A stretch of DNA of 64,000 nt from Oikopleura dioica (lineage: Eukaryota > Animalia > Chordata). Both the position numbers and the translations under genes were made by a program. Location: positions 13,206,001-13,270,000 of the forward strand of contig OU015568.1 in the NCBI GenBank assembly GCA_907165135.1, written 5' to 3'. Below are positions 16,670-29,596 of the stretch, one piece after another. Numbering within the stretch: position 1 is the first letter of the stretch; the number at the start of each line of letters is the position of its first letter. Below the pieces are notes generated by a model that saw only the letters and a program-made list of their open reading frames with translations, ran no database searches and had not been told where the DNA came from.

Positions 16670-17744
16670 CAGCATAATTTCGCGCTAAATTTTAACATTT
16701 TTTTCCTCCGAAAATTTAGCACCATTGAATCGTTTAGTCTATTTGCACTTGCTCACCACCGTAGCTCGTTCTAAAGAAAATAGGCTAAGAATCATTAATT
16801 GAACTCTTGAAATAGAAGCGACGGTGCACCTTGCGATGAAAATTATTTGGTCATCGAAGCAAGCGGGGGTAAACGTTTAGGTAAGATCGCTTCCGAAAAA
16901 TGCCCTTCGTGAGCTTACTTAATTAAGGACCACTTTGTCTTTTTGGGGATGATTCGGCTAATCGACGTTTACGAAGATCCTCGCAATCGCAGACAAATCA
17001 CGTGTTCCCTGATAAGGCCGTAAATGTCCAATTTATACGGGGTCCAAATGGTAAGTCGAAGAAAAACGAATAAAAAATGAAATTTTTAAAGGCGGCGCTA
17101 AATTTGGATTCGGCTTCAATTTCAACTGGGAGCTGCTTCCTGGGCTGAACCCAAAGGCATTTAATCTTCCTAAATCAACTCCTTCCCCGAAATTATGTCG
17201 ACCAGGAGAATTCTTGACGCGCTATTCGAAGCACGCCGATGACCGGACCCAAATTTGGAAAGACATTCGACTATTTGGAAAATCACTACTCGCATTTGCT
17301 AAGACATTCCAACGCTACCGGCCCTATTGCAAGGAGACGGCCACGATCGTCCCGTGCCATTCTTTCAGGTTCGTTCCTAAGTGTCTTGAATTCGCTTTCG
17401 CCCCATCTACCAAGCATTATCTTATTGCCAAAATAAGTTGTTACAAAGTTTTATTGAAAGTTTAAAACAAAAAAAAAACTCCAAAAATTTTTGATGAAAG
17501 CTTTTATCCAAGTGTGGGATTTTCTCTTGTTCAACACGGCTTAATGCTGCAAGAACATGGTTTACTTTCGGTCACATAAACCTTTCCACGTAGAAATTAA
17601 CTTGCTCTTGAAATCTTCCGGAGTCTAGACCACTTTAATTCCCATTCTAACATTGATTATGTCAGAGGAAGTTCACGAGCCACACGATGATTTTTTCGCC
17701 ATCAAAGATCTAAACCGCGGTATTTAGTGATAACACGATCCATG

Positions 17745-20700
17745 GCATAGTCGATCGACTTGACTTTGAACTGGCACATACTCTCAGAAGATGCGTCCCG
17801 AACTTCGGATGGAAGTGGCAAGAAGCTATTCAAAAAATCAAGGTGAGCTTTAAAACTGATCAATTATTGGCGTCAGATTATCGCAGAATCAATAAACGAA
17901 ACTGTCAAATTGTACAAATTGAATATTCAGTCGCAACTTCCAGAGACAAGCACTGCCGCTCAAGAAACAATTCAACCAACGATTGCAAGTTCCGGAGAAA
18001 ATAAACGTCCGGGAGCAATAACCGGAAATAAACCGGGGAAAAACTTTTCTAAATATTCAACAACAACTTCTACGACTACAACGACCAAGACAACTACATC
18101 GACAACAATAACAACTACACAGAAAACAACAACATCTGTAATCTCAATAACAACCACAACCACAACCAAAACAACTACTACAACAACTAGTACAACGACA
18201 AGCACATCTACCACCGCTCAAACAACCACAACTACTAGTACCACAACAACTACAACCACAACCACAACGACGACTGAGAACTATGAAACAGAAGACTCTT
18301 ACACTTCAACAGAAGAACTTGGAACATCAACAACAACAGAGTGGTGGACACACACCGATACCACGGGCACGACGAGCACTGCCTACACGACTGACGAGCC
18401 GACAACGACTTCAACAACAACAACCTCTCCTCCGCCAACAACTACGTCCGAAGCTATTACCTCAACTCCTATGTTCAGCGATGAGTATGAACGGCCACAA
18501 CTCCCACAAAAATGCCCCTATAATTGGATGTACAATCTTTATGGACGCAAAGGACCGGTTACAAATCAAAACCGTCACGGTAAACATTATTGAAAGTTCA
18601 GAACGTGTCGAGAATTTATCGATTACGTACTCGTAAGGCGTCGCTTGTGTAACCGAGCGCAGGAGAATGCGATTTGAAGCACTTCGCAATCTGCACCACC
18701 CCCGAGTTAGGCCGTCTCGCGAGCGGAAGCTGCCGCCGGACGGAGATTGTGTTCAAGTATAACGAGATTGCTAGTGAATTCAGGTGTGTTAATTTTCTTA
18801 AGCTAATGTGATCAAAAAATCTCTCAACCGCGAATTTGGCAGTGAAAACAAACTTGAGCACGTTCGCGAATCAGATTATGATCAACCGAGTCCACAATTT
18901 TGTCATTTTCTAACTAGAAATTTTCTAGCCGACTGGCCGCCGCTGGAAAGGGCGATCGAAGCTGTATCTATGTCGTCGAAAGTTTGCCCTGCAAGAATCT
19001 TCGCTACAAGCGAATTCGCTCTGCGGAGGATTTTTATTTAGAATTTGCGAACACTGCCGCCATGGTTTTTGACGCATGCGGCAAAGACGCGTACGAAACA
19101 AAGTGGCAAAAGCAACTTAACAAATTAAAGGACTTGATATTTACGCCTTGCAGTGATCGAGGCATTGTTGACGAATTACCTCAAATCGATAACACTGTTG
19201 AGGGCTTTTGCTCGCCGACAAAGTACGGCCCTAAAAATTCTAACACTTTCCAGGACTCACTTTTGCTCGTCTCCAACGAGAGCGTGGCAGTTGAAAAGTT
19301 CAACCGAGCCGTGGAGATTTTCGAAAGCGCTCCCTTCGAGTGCAATTTGTCAAAAAACAAGGTCCCTTGTGATTTGATTAGGATGCCTCAAAATTCACCA
19401 GCGTGTGAATTGGCAATCAGAGTGTACCAACTTGGCGAGTACTTGCGGCCGAGATGCTCTCTTGAGGTGAGATTTGATTTTATATTAATTTCAATACTCT
19501 CTTGCTTTTAATTTTGCTACTTGGAAGGACATAGATATTTAAAAACGCCTCAAAACAATTTTGAGAAAAATGTAACTGCTATTAATTTTTGAGATACCGC
19601 TACTAAACTGCCGCAAAATCTTCCGGTCATGACTAACATTCCGAATACCGTGGTTAGAATCTAAAAGACAAAAAACAGCAATTAGCAGGGTCGATCTCGT
19701 AATAACAAAACAGTGTTTGTCTTGTTTATTTATTATTAAACAGTCACTAATTTACCTAATCGGCCATTAACTCAGTAACTAGAGGACAGGAGGACAAGCC
19801 AGTTCTCTACGAATGTAACCAACAGCTTTCCGGAAAGAATAATATGACTCGGAATTTATTCAGAATTCTAAAATGCATGAAATTCTACAGAACTTCCTTG
19901 CGGTTCAGCTAAACTCAAGCTCGATATGATTCTCACCGTACGATCTTGTTAGCAAACGTGCACAAAATACACGTCAAAAATTTTTTAAAAACAAGGTGTC
20001 AAAATTTCCGACCTTTGAAAATTTAAATTTTCCGGTGTTCTTCCAAAAGCTTTAAATTCTGAATTGTCCTTTAAAATTGCATATATTTGACAAAAATTAT
20101 TAAATTAAGACCTTTGTGAATTATGCGACTTGTGTTCCAAAATGAAGGACAGTTTTTGTCGCCTAAAAACAAGGGTCTTCGACAAACCGCGTTTTAATTT
20201 TTTGATTAGATCGGAAAAGAATTGGACCGCGTTACAGATGATCTTCTTACTGCCGTGGAGCCAGTATCTGGGCAATGTTCTGCAGATGCATTTGCAGCAA
20301 TTAAATCGGCAATGAGAAGGGGAGAAAAACTGAACAGTTCTTCTCAACTCGCTCGTTCGGATTCGGAGGTAAGTCCCAGTAAAGGGCGATTCTTGCCCGG
20401 TAGAATGCTGTGCCTGCTCGACACAAACGTGAAGCTGCGCTATGCTGTTGAAGTATTTAAAAGGTAACTCGTCGATCATGCACGTCAAAACGTCTAGTTA
20501 TTTGTGTCACTCATGCTTTTCTCGTTTCGATTAACTTGCTTATTCAATCATTTGAATTGTATTTTCTTTAATCGATTCTTGATGAAAGTTTATTTCTCGA
20601 CCTCTGCAAATTATAATTGACGTTAATGCTCACTTAAAAATTCAGCAAAGAAACTTCGAACAAAGACCATGGCCATCAATTTGTCAAATTCAAGAGCTAC

Positions 20701-20850
20701 GTTGAATATCTACTGGAACGCAGAGGATGTTCTATAAACTGCGAAGACTTTAGCTCCCTCTTCTCAATTGAAACGTCTCCAGTTCGCAACGTAGCCTCCC
20801 TTTTGAAAGCAGCGAGGAAAGCCGTGAATCAAGTTGCGACGAGTTGCTTT
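17745..20850 (+). CDS. Multi-exon gene for a Thr-rich mucin-like, Cys-containing protein of unknown function; limits uncertain
   Basis: There is a long open Thr/Ser-rich frame at 17910-18590. Other exon-like blocks, several with GT-AG edges, lie at ~17745-17842, 18650-18783, 19040-19467, 20211-20369 and 20646-20850. Confidence 0.5.
18055..18275 (+). repeat. ACA/ACT/ACC trinucleotide-rich low-complexity tract encoding poly-Thr
   Basis: Runs such as acaaccacaaccacaaccaaaacaactactacaacaactagt encode TTTTTKTTTTTTS. Confidence 0.85.
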
Positions 20851-23276
20851 TTGTAAAGAAATACGATTGATTTATTCGTACAAGTGTATATTTTCTGTAA
20901 ATAAAATTAAGAATGAGTTCATTAAAAAGTGTTTTTTTTTTTGTTGATTGTTGAGAGTGGTTCAGCCGAGGAGACGCAGATTTGCGTAGATTTCTTCCAG
21001 GTCTTGGCAAAAAGTGGTGCGAGCGAGTTTTTGACATGTTCTTGCCTCATTTCAAGGTTGATAAGAAAATGAGAATTTCATTAATTGACCATTTTTGAAT
21101 GGGATTAAAAATTAAGGGGCAACCTACAACGATTATTTAGGTCTTACCCTTCTTTGTTTCTGATTCTCTTATTTAAAAATATCAACCGTTCCTTATGATT
21201 AGTCTTTTCGCAATATCGACAAGTCAGTAAATACTTTTGCCTTCGCGAGAATCCAGATACAGAAACGCCCTGAATGCGCTGAATTAAATTAGGAAGTCTA
21301 AAGTTCGGCGCGTACGATTCGTAACGCGCAAATTTTTATTCTACATTTCTGAAAAATCAAGGTTAAAATTACCAAAAGCAGAAACATAAAACTCCACAAG
21401 AAACGCATGTCTTCTCTTTTGGCTTTTTCTTGAAACTGTCTTTTTGTTTTGCTCTTTGGAGCAAATCTACCTAGTCAAAGAATTCTGTGATGAGCGTGAA
21501 GAAACAGATGAATTAATTCTCTATAAATATTAAACGGAGGCGCACGAGTAACAGAATTTACTTGCAGTAGTCAAGTCTCCTTTTCCTTTAATTTTCAAGA
21601 GCTTTTTACTTTTGCTTGTTTGACCAACGTTGTTCGAATTTTAAATGAACTGCTAATGCTATCTTTCAAAATTAAGTTTAGGTTTCTTATTAAGGCCTCG
21701 CTATTTTATTGAAGGCACAACTGTTCTCATCATAGTTAAACTCATGTCCAACATAAATTTCTGATTTTCAACGTGGGTCTTTCTGTTTTCAGCAGTGCGG
21801 TTAGTGATCTTGAGTGCAACTCATTGATGTGCTCGTTGATTCTTGATTTAGTTTTCTGACTAAAGTTTGAAAGAAGGGACAGCCAAAGTTTGGTGATGCT
21901 TTCTTCGGTCATTTTTTTAATGAGAATCGTCATTTGAGGCGATGGAAGTTTGGTCATGACATCTCAAAGGAGAATGCTCTTCACTCAGAATGTCACCTAT
22001 ATTATATTGGCAATAGACGCGTTTGTTCCCGGGGGATTTCATCAATTCTCCGACGATCTTCTACTTGTAGCTTATACATTTTAATCAAAATATATTATAT
22101 ATATTTATATGAACATAAGTGTCTAGCATCAATTCGTGTACTTCAGTTTCCACCTGAAGCAGAGATAATTCTGAATTTTCTTCCTTGATTCCATCGGAAA
22201 ACTTGAAACATTAATGATGTTACATTTGGCGCTTGCAATCATTTCTCATCATTACTCTGACATTTATTGGATCCGATTTGACGATAAATTTTAATAAGCG
22301 CCTTTGACTTTGAACTTGAGAAAATTCAAGAATAAAAAATAAATACTACCGTCATGGCGACAGTTTGACGACGGGAGAGCTCTTGAGACTCCCGAAACGG
22401 CGATAAGAGAAAGCCAATGACTCTCACTGGCCATAACGACACGATAATTCAATAGTCCATTATGGGCTCTTCTGTAAATCCTAAACAGCCCATGAACTCT
22501 AGCTCATTTTATGACACAGCAAGATTTTTCGTTAAAAAATCTCGTGAAAAGTGTGTTTTTATTCAATTCTAAATATAAAAAAATGGACAATTAGTCGGAA
22601 GGATTATTGAAACACAAAAAGATTTCAGGAAAATCGAAACTGCGACGCAGCATCGCTCTCATGAGAAGCATTCTATGATTTTTTGATTATAAAATTTGCC
22701 AATTTTATAATTAAAATTGTTCAATAAAATCACTTATAACCTCAAGTAACATGTTACGTAAGAGCACTTCCGGAAAACCCCTATGATGAGGGCCTTATCA
22801 AAAGCCATCTGGCTGAGATAAGGATAAAGATGTGATAATGATCAATAATGAACTGCTGGTTAAATATGTTTTCAATCACTTGTATTTCCTACGATAAAGA
22901 GGACACGGTCACAAGACCACATGTGAGAAAAGCTTCTTGAGCTTGTTTTAATAGTATTGTATTGTTGTCGTTTTAAACAGTATGTTCAGCTATTATTTAC
23001 AGAGATTACAGGAATGCGATTTTTGTGTTCGCATAAAGAGAAGATTGGCATTTGACGCGTGTTGATATGAACTTATAAAAAATCTCGATAGACAGAAAGA
23101 AGTGAAAGTTTTCTGGAGAGTAATGAAATTTATAAAAAGCTAAAATCGGTTTATGAACTTGAGGATAGCTTGAAGAAGTACAGACAGTACCTTGATAGTT
23201 GAAAGTTAAGTTTTGACTATTGAATAAAAGACAGAATGCTGATAAAAGTAGAAATCTAACGAAGCTTTGAAGAAGA

Positions 23277-24800
23277 TTAAGACCCATCGTCCGCAATAAC
23301 AACAGTTACTGTATGATGGTTGCCGGGGCGGAAGTTGAGGCCGTCCGACGTTTCGCGCGAATAAGGAGGGTCCTCGGGATAGTCCATTTCGGATGGATCC
23401 ATGACGACTTTTCGGTCAAAGTCGCCGCTGCGCAAACACTTGTCAACTTCGGAAACCCAAGAGCGAATGCGTCTGAACAATTATTTGAAATAATAATTTC
23501 AATAATAACCCATTCAAACTCAAAAGCTGAATTATAACCGTCTTTTGACAATATAAGCTGTGTTAGAACTAACACACGCCTTTTCGAGCATGTTTGACGA
23601 CGGAGCTTTGACGAACGGGGTTAAATTCAGTTTGAACTGGCAGAGATCTTTCTCGAAGACAGACCAAGGTGAATGCGAATAGCCTCTATTACACTCTGAC
23701 ACAAATTTCTCGATACCAAACAAACTCGAAAGTGTCGATATTTGTCAATAGTGTCTCCGATGACTTTGATGTTTCAGAAGTCAAATGGGTAATACTCGGT
23801 GCATAGAATATATTTCTGGGTCATTTAAAACGTACCTGTAAAAAGCGTCGTCGATGCCTTCCGTGACGTAAAGATCTTCATTCTCCACTGGGTCTCCTTC
23901 TGAGTCCTGAAGATTATTGTTTATTTCTTGAGCACGTTTGTGAACTTGATCATTCTCAGAACGGTTAGCTGTGCAAAATTAACTCGTTATGGCGTTTATT
24001 CTTTAACAATTTAAGTGTTTGCTAGTTGTCACATCAAAGCGAATACGAAAAATGCTCAGCTTCCATTTTTGAGATGAGTCTATTGATTTTTTGATGTGTT
24101 TTGACAAAATCAAAGTACCTTCGTCTTGGACCCTTCAGTAGATTTATTTGACTTGATCGTTTGAAGTCGCTTGCTTGTCAGCTTCCCATTCTGCTCCACT
24201 GATGAGTTCTTCCTAGAGTTCTTCCTGGTATTCGTGCTGCTGTGCATGCTCATTTTTCGAGTTTCAGAGTCTGATCTCAACTGTGATCTACTTCTGTGGG
24301 TGTCGCCGGTTGAGATCCGTCGAGGATTCGCTCCTGAGAGACGGTTCGGTCTTTCCATTGACCTGCGTAAAATGTTTGATTGATTCTTCCTGTCGATGCT
24401 TACAGCCATAGGATTGTTCGAGCTAGTATTGTAATTGTAGCTTCCTCTGTTGTTTGTCGTATATTCAGCTGGAGAATTTAGCCTTTCGTATGGACTAGGG
24501 GAAAGTTGATTCGCTTGCTCGCGCGTCGTGGTAACCGGTCGGGAGTAATGTTGCCGTTTCGACGACTGCTCGGTTCTCGGCTTTTTCAGTTTATCAAAGT
24601 ACTCATAACTCTGCATCAGACGCGAGGGTTTTTCTTTTTGGTGAAATTCATTTTGAATTTTTCGGTAAAAACTGGAAATGTACATTGTCATTTTCGCAAG
24701 AAGTTCTCTTCCTTGATTTCAGGTGTCAAAAAACAAAAATATTTTTTGCATAAACTATCCTTGAGCGTTGATAAGTCCGCACAACTTTTGGATCTGAAGA
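23277..24800 (-). CDS. Multi-exon gene of unknown function with a Ser/Arg/Asn-rich N-terminal region
   Basis: 193-codon low-complexity ORF at 24110-24691. A terminal exon RRIRSWVSEVDKCL...IADDGS* follows a GT-AG intron, with exon-like blocks in between. Confidence 0.5.
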
Positions 24801-26496
24801 GATTAACTTAAGATTTTTGTGTGGTCGTTTAGATTTGAAGCTCATGAGCGCCGCGGTATTCTACCGCAAATAATTTTACGTGCGCCAATTTCTTACACAA
24901 TCAAATTCAAAGTCACGAAAGTCTTCAGTTATGTCATAAGCATAAAAGTAATATAGAGCTCATAATATAACCAGGAGCTTTTCAAATTCGGGACTATTCG
25001 GGATGAAGGCCAAACGAGGGGCAGGAACTCTCTCCCTTTCGAGTGAAAACACACGGTTATACATTTAAACATAATTACCAGTAATAATTGACTTCTTATA
25101 GACTTGGGAAGAATTCAAGTTGAACAATTGAAGTTTTTTAGCTCAGTCCTTGACGGTCAAGGCTTTACTATAAAATAATTAACTACGCATAACTTATGCG
25201 GCATAAGGATGCAGCATAAGAATTTTTTGCTTATAAGGCTAACCCTAAGTTATAACTTTTATTTTCACTTTGTTATTTTGGTTACGTTGCTAAGCTTTTT
25301 TACGATAAAATTTGTTAAATCGTTTATGGGACAATTATCAATCGCAAAAACAGCTTGCCAGGGTGAGAATAAAAATGATAGGTCAGTAAATCTGTGTCTG
25401 TCGATAACGCACCTTATGTTGTATTTATTTGGCATTTTTGCGGCTCACAGGTGTCAGCCTGTTTTCCCAGTGATACAACGTCCCTGAACCTCGCTCGCCT
25501 CGGGGCAAGTCAAGGACGGACACTGGCGCCTCTAAAAGAGCATAACCTCTATAAAATCTACATAACAGGATCTTTTGCAACGTGAGTTAAATCTTTATAA
25601 TTAAAATAACGCAAAATTAAAAAAGAAGACTTAATCTTCCTGGGAGTCCTTCAAATCACTGTTGTAACAACGATAATTACTTTCGGATGGTTATTTCTCG
25701 ACAAATATGAGGCTGTCAAGGGTTAGAGATCTCGAAATTGTCACGCAAAAGAATGTGAACAAATCAAATAGTATTACCCCAGAAGTACCCCACTTCAAGT
25801 TCAAAGAAGAAAGTGCGTAGCGATTTGGAGATTTTCATAAAACCATTCCGGCTCTTGAAGCTAGAACGGACAAAACTTTTATGGAAAACTATTTCCGCAG
25901 GTGGTTAATATGCCAAATTGAGGTAGTCCTGTTCCATGTCTACCTTTTCATTCAAAAGGAAATTTTTTCACTTCTAAAAACTAAAATTTGAGACTCGAAA
26001 GGGAACTGTGTTATGAAGTTACGTTGTGTCTGGTTATTTCTATTTACGTAAAATGGTGTGAGCCGAGCTGTAATCTGCCAAAGACCTGTCAGATACTTAT
26101 CAATGCTTGCATCAGACATATGCGTAAATTCGCTGTTCAAAGTCTACCTCGCCAAAAAACCAGTAGCGCAAGATAAGGACGATAAGTCAATCTGTCGTGA
26201 CATTTTAACAAGTGCATCGAAAAAGAACTTGAAGATCCGTTCCGATTAAACAGGCCTTAGAGATGGCTTCTTGTTTTCTTAATAGCTGCTAAATACCCTA
26301 GTGACGTAGAGAGAACGTCTTTTGTCCTTCGTCTTTTTCGGCGATTTCAAAGCAACGCGGACGAGTGGAAAAATTTGCCGAAAAAGATTAGCTATGCTAA
26401 CAGCTTCGCCAGATTAGCCAGGGTTAATGATGAAAAGATGGCGGAAGTTCGGAGCTCACACGAAAACGGATTCTACCGCGTGTCAAGAAACACCTT

Positions 26497-26699
26497 TAAA
26501 GGGTTAGCGCATTCCGGGCGAACCCGTTGAACTTTGATACTGATCAGTGGGACGTTGCGCGCGCAGTGCCAGTCTCGGCTGGTGAGTTGTCTCTCGAATA
26601 AAGTAGAAGCAGCAGCTAGAAACTAGAATTGTTGTCTTTTATTCCCAGGAGCTAGAGTCTCAGTGGGAGAGTGTTTCCAGCAGTGCATTGACCCTTTTA
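26497..26699 (+). repeat. 5' LTR (TAAAGGG...CCCTTTTA)
   Basis: Direct repeat of 29606-29808 with 202/203 identity. It contains AATAAA. Confidence 0.95.
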
Positions 26700-26700
26700 G

Positions 26701-26710
26701 TGGTGTCAGA
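26701..26710 (+). promoter_or_regulatory. Primer-binding site TGGTGTCAGA, compatible with the 3' end of a tRNA-Leu
   Basis: Begins 1 nt after the 5' LTR and starts with TGG. It matches the reverse complement of ...UCUGACACCA known from metazoan tRNA-Leu; the host tRNA was not checked. Confidence 0.7.
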
Positions 26711-27367
26711 GACTACGCTTCATTCGACATAGAGAACTCCCGCGGCCCCAGAACTTACACCTTCAACCCTCCACCTTGTCTACCGCTCGACACATCCATC
26801 TTATCGCCCGAAATTCTCCAAAATCAGCTGAGTACCCTACGATTCGACAAATACCACCCACCCTACCCAACTTTTGATCGTCTTCTACCCTGTCCAGCGT
26901 TTTCTCCGCCCAAGGCCGTTACGAACCTGGATCAGCACTCGTGTACTTACTTCCGGTATTCGCCGCGTGTGGAAAAGTACCGCCGCGCCAACCGTTTTGC
27001 CACGTCAACTTGAGCAACCGCTGCGATTTCGATCTCGCGCCGCCGCTGACGCCTATTTTCAACGACATTTCGCGCTCTCCAAGTCCGTTATCTAACTTTG
27101 ACCCTCAAAAGTCTCAGTTAGTCGGACCGGTCGAGGTAATTTCGCTCGAAAGCAGTAAATCGGCCTTTCTTAGCCCGGCAGCTCTTCCAAATCGCACATC
27201 TCCCGCCAAGTTACGACATCAATCAACTGCTACGACCGCTATTGAATCTTCATACGCGCTTCAAACCCCGTAAATTTCTCCTAGACAATTCTTGTCTTTG
27301 AGAAACGGGTCGGTCAAGGTAGAAATCCTCGAAATCAGTGATTCGCCCGTTCTAGTACATCTCGGAG

Positions 27368-29395
27368 ATGCCTAATCTCCCCGAAACCGTCGAAAGATGC
27401 GACGGCGCCCTGGAACAAATCGCCGACTTCATCGCTGATCTCAACAAGAAGCTCAAATCCGCTCCGACTGATAAAGCACTACAGACGATGAAGGAAGAAC
27501 AGCTCCAAAAAGAACGTGAGCTATTCTTGCACTACAAGGAACTCGTCCGAAAACGCAAATACGCCAATCCACCGGCCGAAAATTCCAACAGGGAATACGA
27601 CCAGCGCGAGCAGCACATATGCAACTTGTTCTACAAAAGCTTCGCGTCAATCCAGCCCTTCAAAGGGAATAGCCCCGGCCAGTTTGTGGATTTTATAACA
27701 GCGATGAGGGTATTCAAAGACAGTCATCTACGCCGCGACGGCGACGAAAAAATATTCCTCAACGCTCTTACCAGCAAACTAGCTCCGAACGTCGCCCGAT
27801 TTATCGGTAACGATCTCCGCGCCTGTGACGACGTCGACGCCGCCATCGGGCTTCTCAAAAAGCACTATGGCCCAAAAATCTCGCATTTTCTACTGATGCT
27901 CGATGTCAGCGACATCGTTTTTGACCGATCTCGCCCCGTGACTCATTTTACATCCGAACTAGCTACAAAACTTGCTGAGGCAAAAGCCGCGTTTCTCGAA
28001 ACCTTCAAAGCCGCTAACAACGATGCTGAGCCAAATGTGGAAGATATCCACGAAGCATGGGCAACAATGTTCGCTGTCAGAGCCCTCCGAGACCAGGAGC
28101 CCGACACTTACAATGCTCTTCTGACCTCCATCGACAAAACCTTCACGCTAAATGACCTCGCACTCAAAGCCGAGACCAGTCGCCGAAACCGCGTTTCTTC
28201 AGATGTCATCAACGTCAACAAAACTCAACCCGGATCCAACAACAAACAGAAGCAAGGTTATGGAAAACATGGCGAGGGTAAACGCTCTTGGCACAATCGG
28301 GACCCGAATTCTGCGCAGAAAAAGGACGAGAAGTCCGAAAAGCCCGACCAAATGCAGCGTAAAAGCCACTACAATGTGGAACCCGATAATTTCGCCGATG
28401 TCCATGCCCTCTTCTCTGCAATTCCAGTGCACCTGACCGAGAAGGTCGAATTTCGCCCTGGATATTTTCTACGCGCCACATTTCAGTCAGGACAAGATTC
28501 GTTCGACTGCAACATCGAATTCGATACTGGCGCATATTCAACAATTCTACCTTCGCATGCCATCCCCCAAAACGTGCTACGCAATTTGAGCGCTCCAAAC
28601 CACGATGTAGCCGGTATTAGCGGAGTAGCTGAAACTCCAAGGGGAACCCTCTTCTGCAAGGTTAGATTCGACAAAGGCCCTCAGTTTGAGCTCGCCGCAA
28701 CTGTGATGGATGGCCAATGCCGCCCAGCACTCTTGGGACGAGATTTTTTGCGCAACAGCAATATCTCCTCCTACTCGATAAACAATTTACTTGGAAACGT
28801 CCAGTTCGAGTTCACCAAAGCTTCGAAACTGAAACTCCAAGTTGTCAAGCTACGCCCATTCGCCGGAGAGGCCAAAAACTCTAACGCAAAATGGAGTGGC
28901 CCCTCCACCCTCAAATCTACCAGCCAGCAGGTCTGCCTCGTCGAAAACGCAAACCACACCGTCGACCTTATTCATCGTTCCCATGTCGCCGCGATCGAGG
29001 AAAGAGTTTCTTCCGCTGATGACTACGATCAAAATCTGGACTCGACCGAATGGCCACACTTGATCAAAAACTTCAAGTCGAAAATAAAGCAGAACGATCA
29101 TGTGACTAGGGGAGGTAAGGGTATCGAGTCACAATCTCGGTCATGCAAGCCCAAGCCGCCCGAAAAGATCCCATCTTCTCTCCCTCCGATCGCTCCGCCA
29201 AAGCCTCTATTCGAAGCTCCAAAATCTGGCTCGGCGACGGAGTCAACATCTCTGATCCCATCTTCGCTCCTGATCCTGGCTTCGCCAAAACCCCAAAGGT
29301 CTACTCCCAATCCGTCTACTCCTTGCCCCAAGCGGAATTTTCTCCGTCCATCTCGCCTCTCGCTGGATTCTACGAAGAAAAAGTACGAAGGCTAG
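27368..29395 (+). CDS. Gag + retropepsin aspartic protease + apparent integrase C-terminal (GPY/F-like) remnant
   Basis: Capsid-like IQPFKGNSPGQFVDFI, protease IEFDTGAYSTIL (~28523) and ALLGRDFL are present. They are followed by KWSGPSTLKSTSQQVCLVENANHTVDLIHRSHV. No YxDD, RNase H, HHCC or DDE motif is seen. Confidence 0.9.
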   Translation: MPNLPETVERCDGALEQIADFIADLNKKLKSAPTDKALQTMKEEQLQKERELFLHYKELVRKRKYANPPAENSNREYDQREQHICNLFYKSFASIQPFKGNSPGQFVDFITAMRVFKDSHLRRDGDEKIFLNALTSKLAPNVARFIGNDLRACDDVDAAIGLLKKHYGPKISHFLLMLDVSDIVFDRSRPVTHFTSELATKLAEAKAAFLETFKAANNDAEPNVEDIHEAWATMFAVRALRDQEPDTYNALLTSIDKTFTLNDLALKAETSRRNRVSSDVINVNKTQPGSNNKQKQGYGKHGEGKRSWHNRDPNSAQKKDEKSEKPDQMQRKSHYNVEPDNFADVHALFSAIPVHLTEKVEFRPGYFLRATFQSGQDSFDCNIEFDTGAYSTILPSHAIPQNVLRNLSAPNHDVAGISGVAETPRGTLFCKVRFDKGPQFELAATVMDGQCRPALLGRDFLRNSNISSYSINNLLGNVQFEFTKASKLKLQVVKLRPFAGEAKNSNAKWSGPSTLKSTSQQVCLVENANHTVDLIHRSHVAAIEERVSSADDYDQNLDSTEWPHLIKNFKSKIKQNDHVTRGGKGIESQSRSCKPKPPEKIPSSLPPIAPPKPLFEAPKSGSATESTSLIPSSLLILASPKPQRSTPNPSTPCPKRNFLRPSRLSLDSTKKKYEG

Positions 29396-29596
29396 TGTTG
29401 GCAATTGGGTTTTCTGATGCTTTTTGGGGATTGGAAGTTGTCTACTGCTTAGGATCAAAAATGTTTGCTGCTTCATCACCGTACAAAAATCTCTTCAAAA
29501 ATCTGCTGCCGACTGTCCCAACTCTACTGATGTTTCCTTCGAGCCCGAAAGGGACATTCTACCTGTATCTTACTTATTGTCGCACTGTTCTGTATC

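Noticed and set aside
17972-18214. Poly-Val 'membrane protein' ORF on the minus strand
   Set aside because: It is the antisense reading of the poly-Thr tract.
21742-22270. Minus-strand exon-like blocks (EESITKLWLSLLSNF...)
   Set aside because: No motif or reliable splice chain was found; not enough support for a feature.
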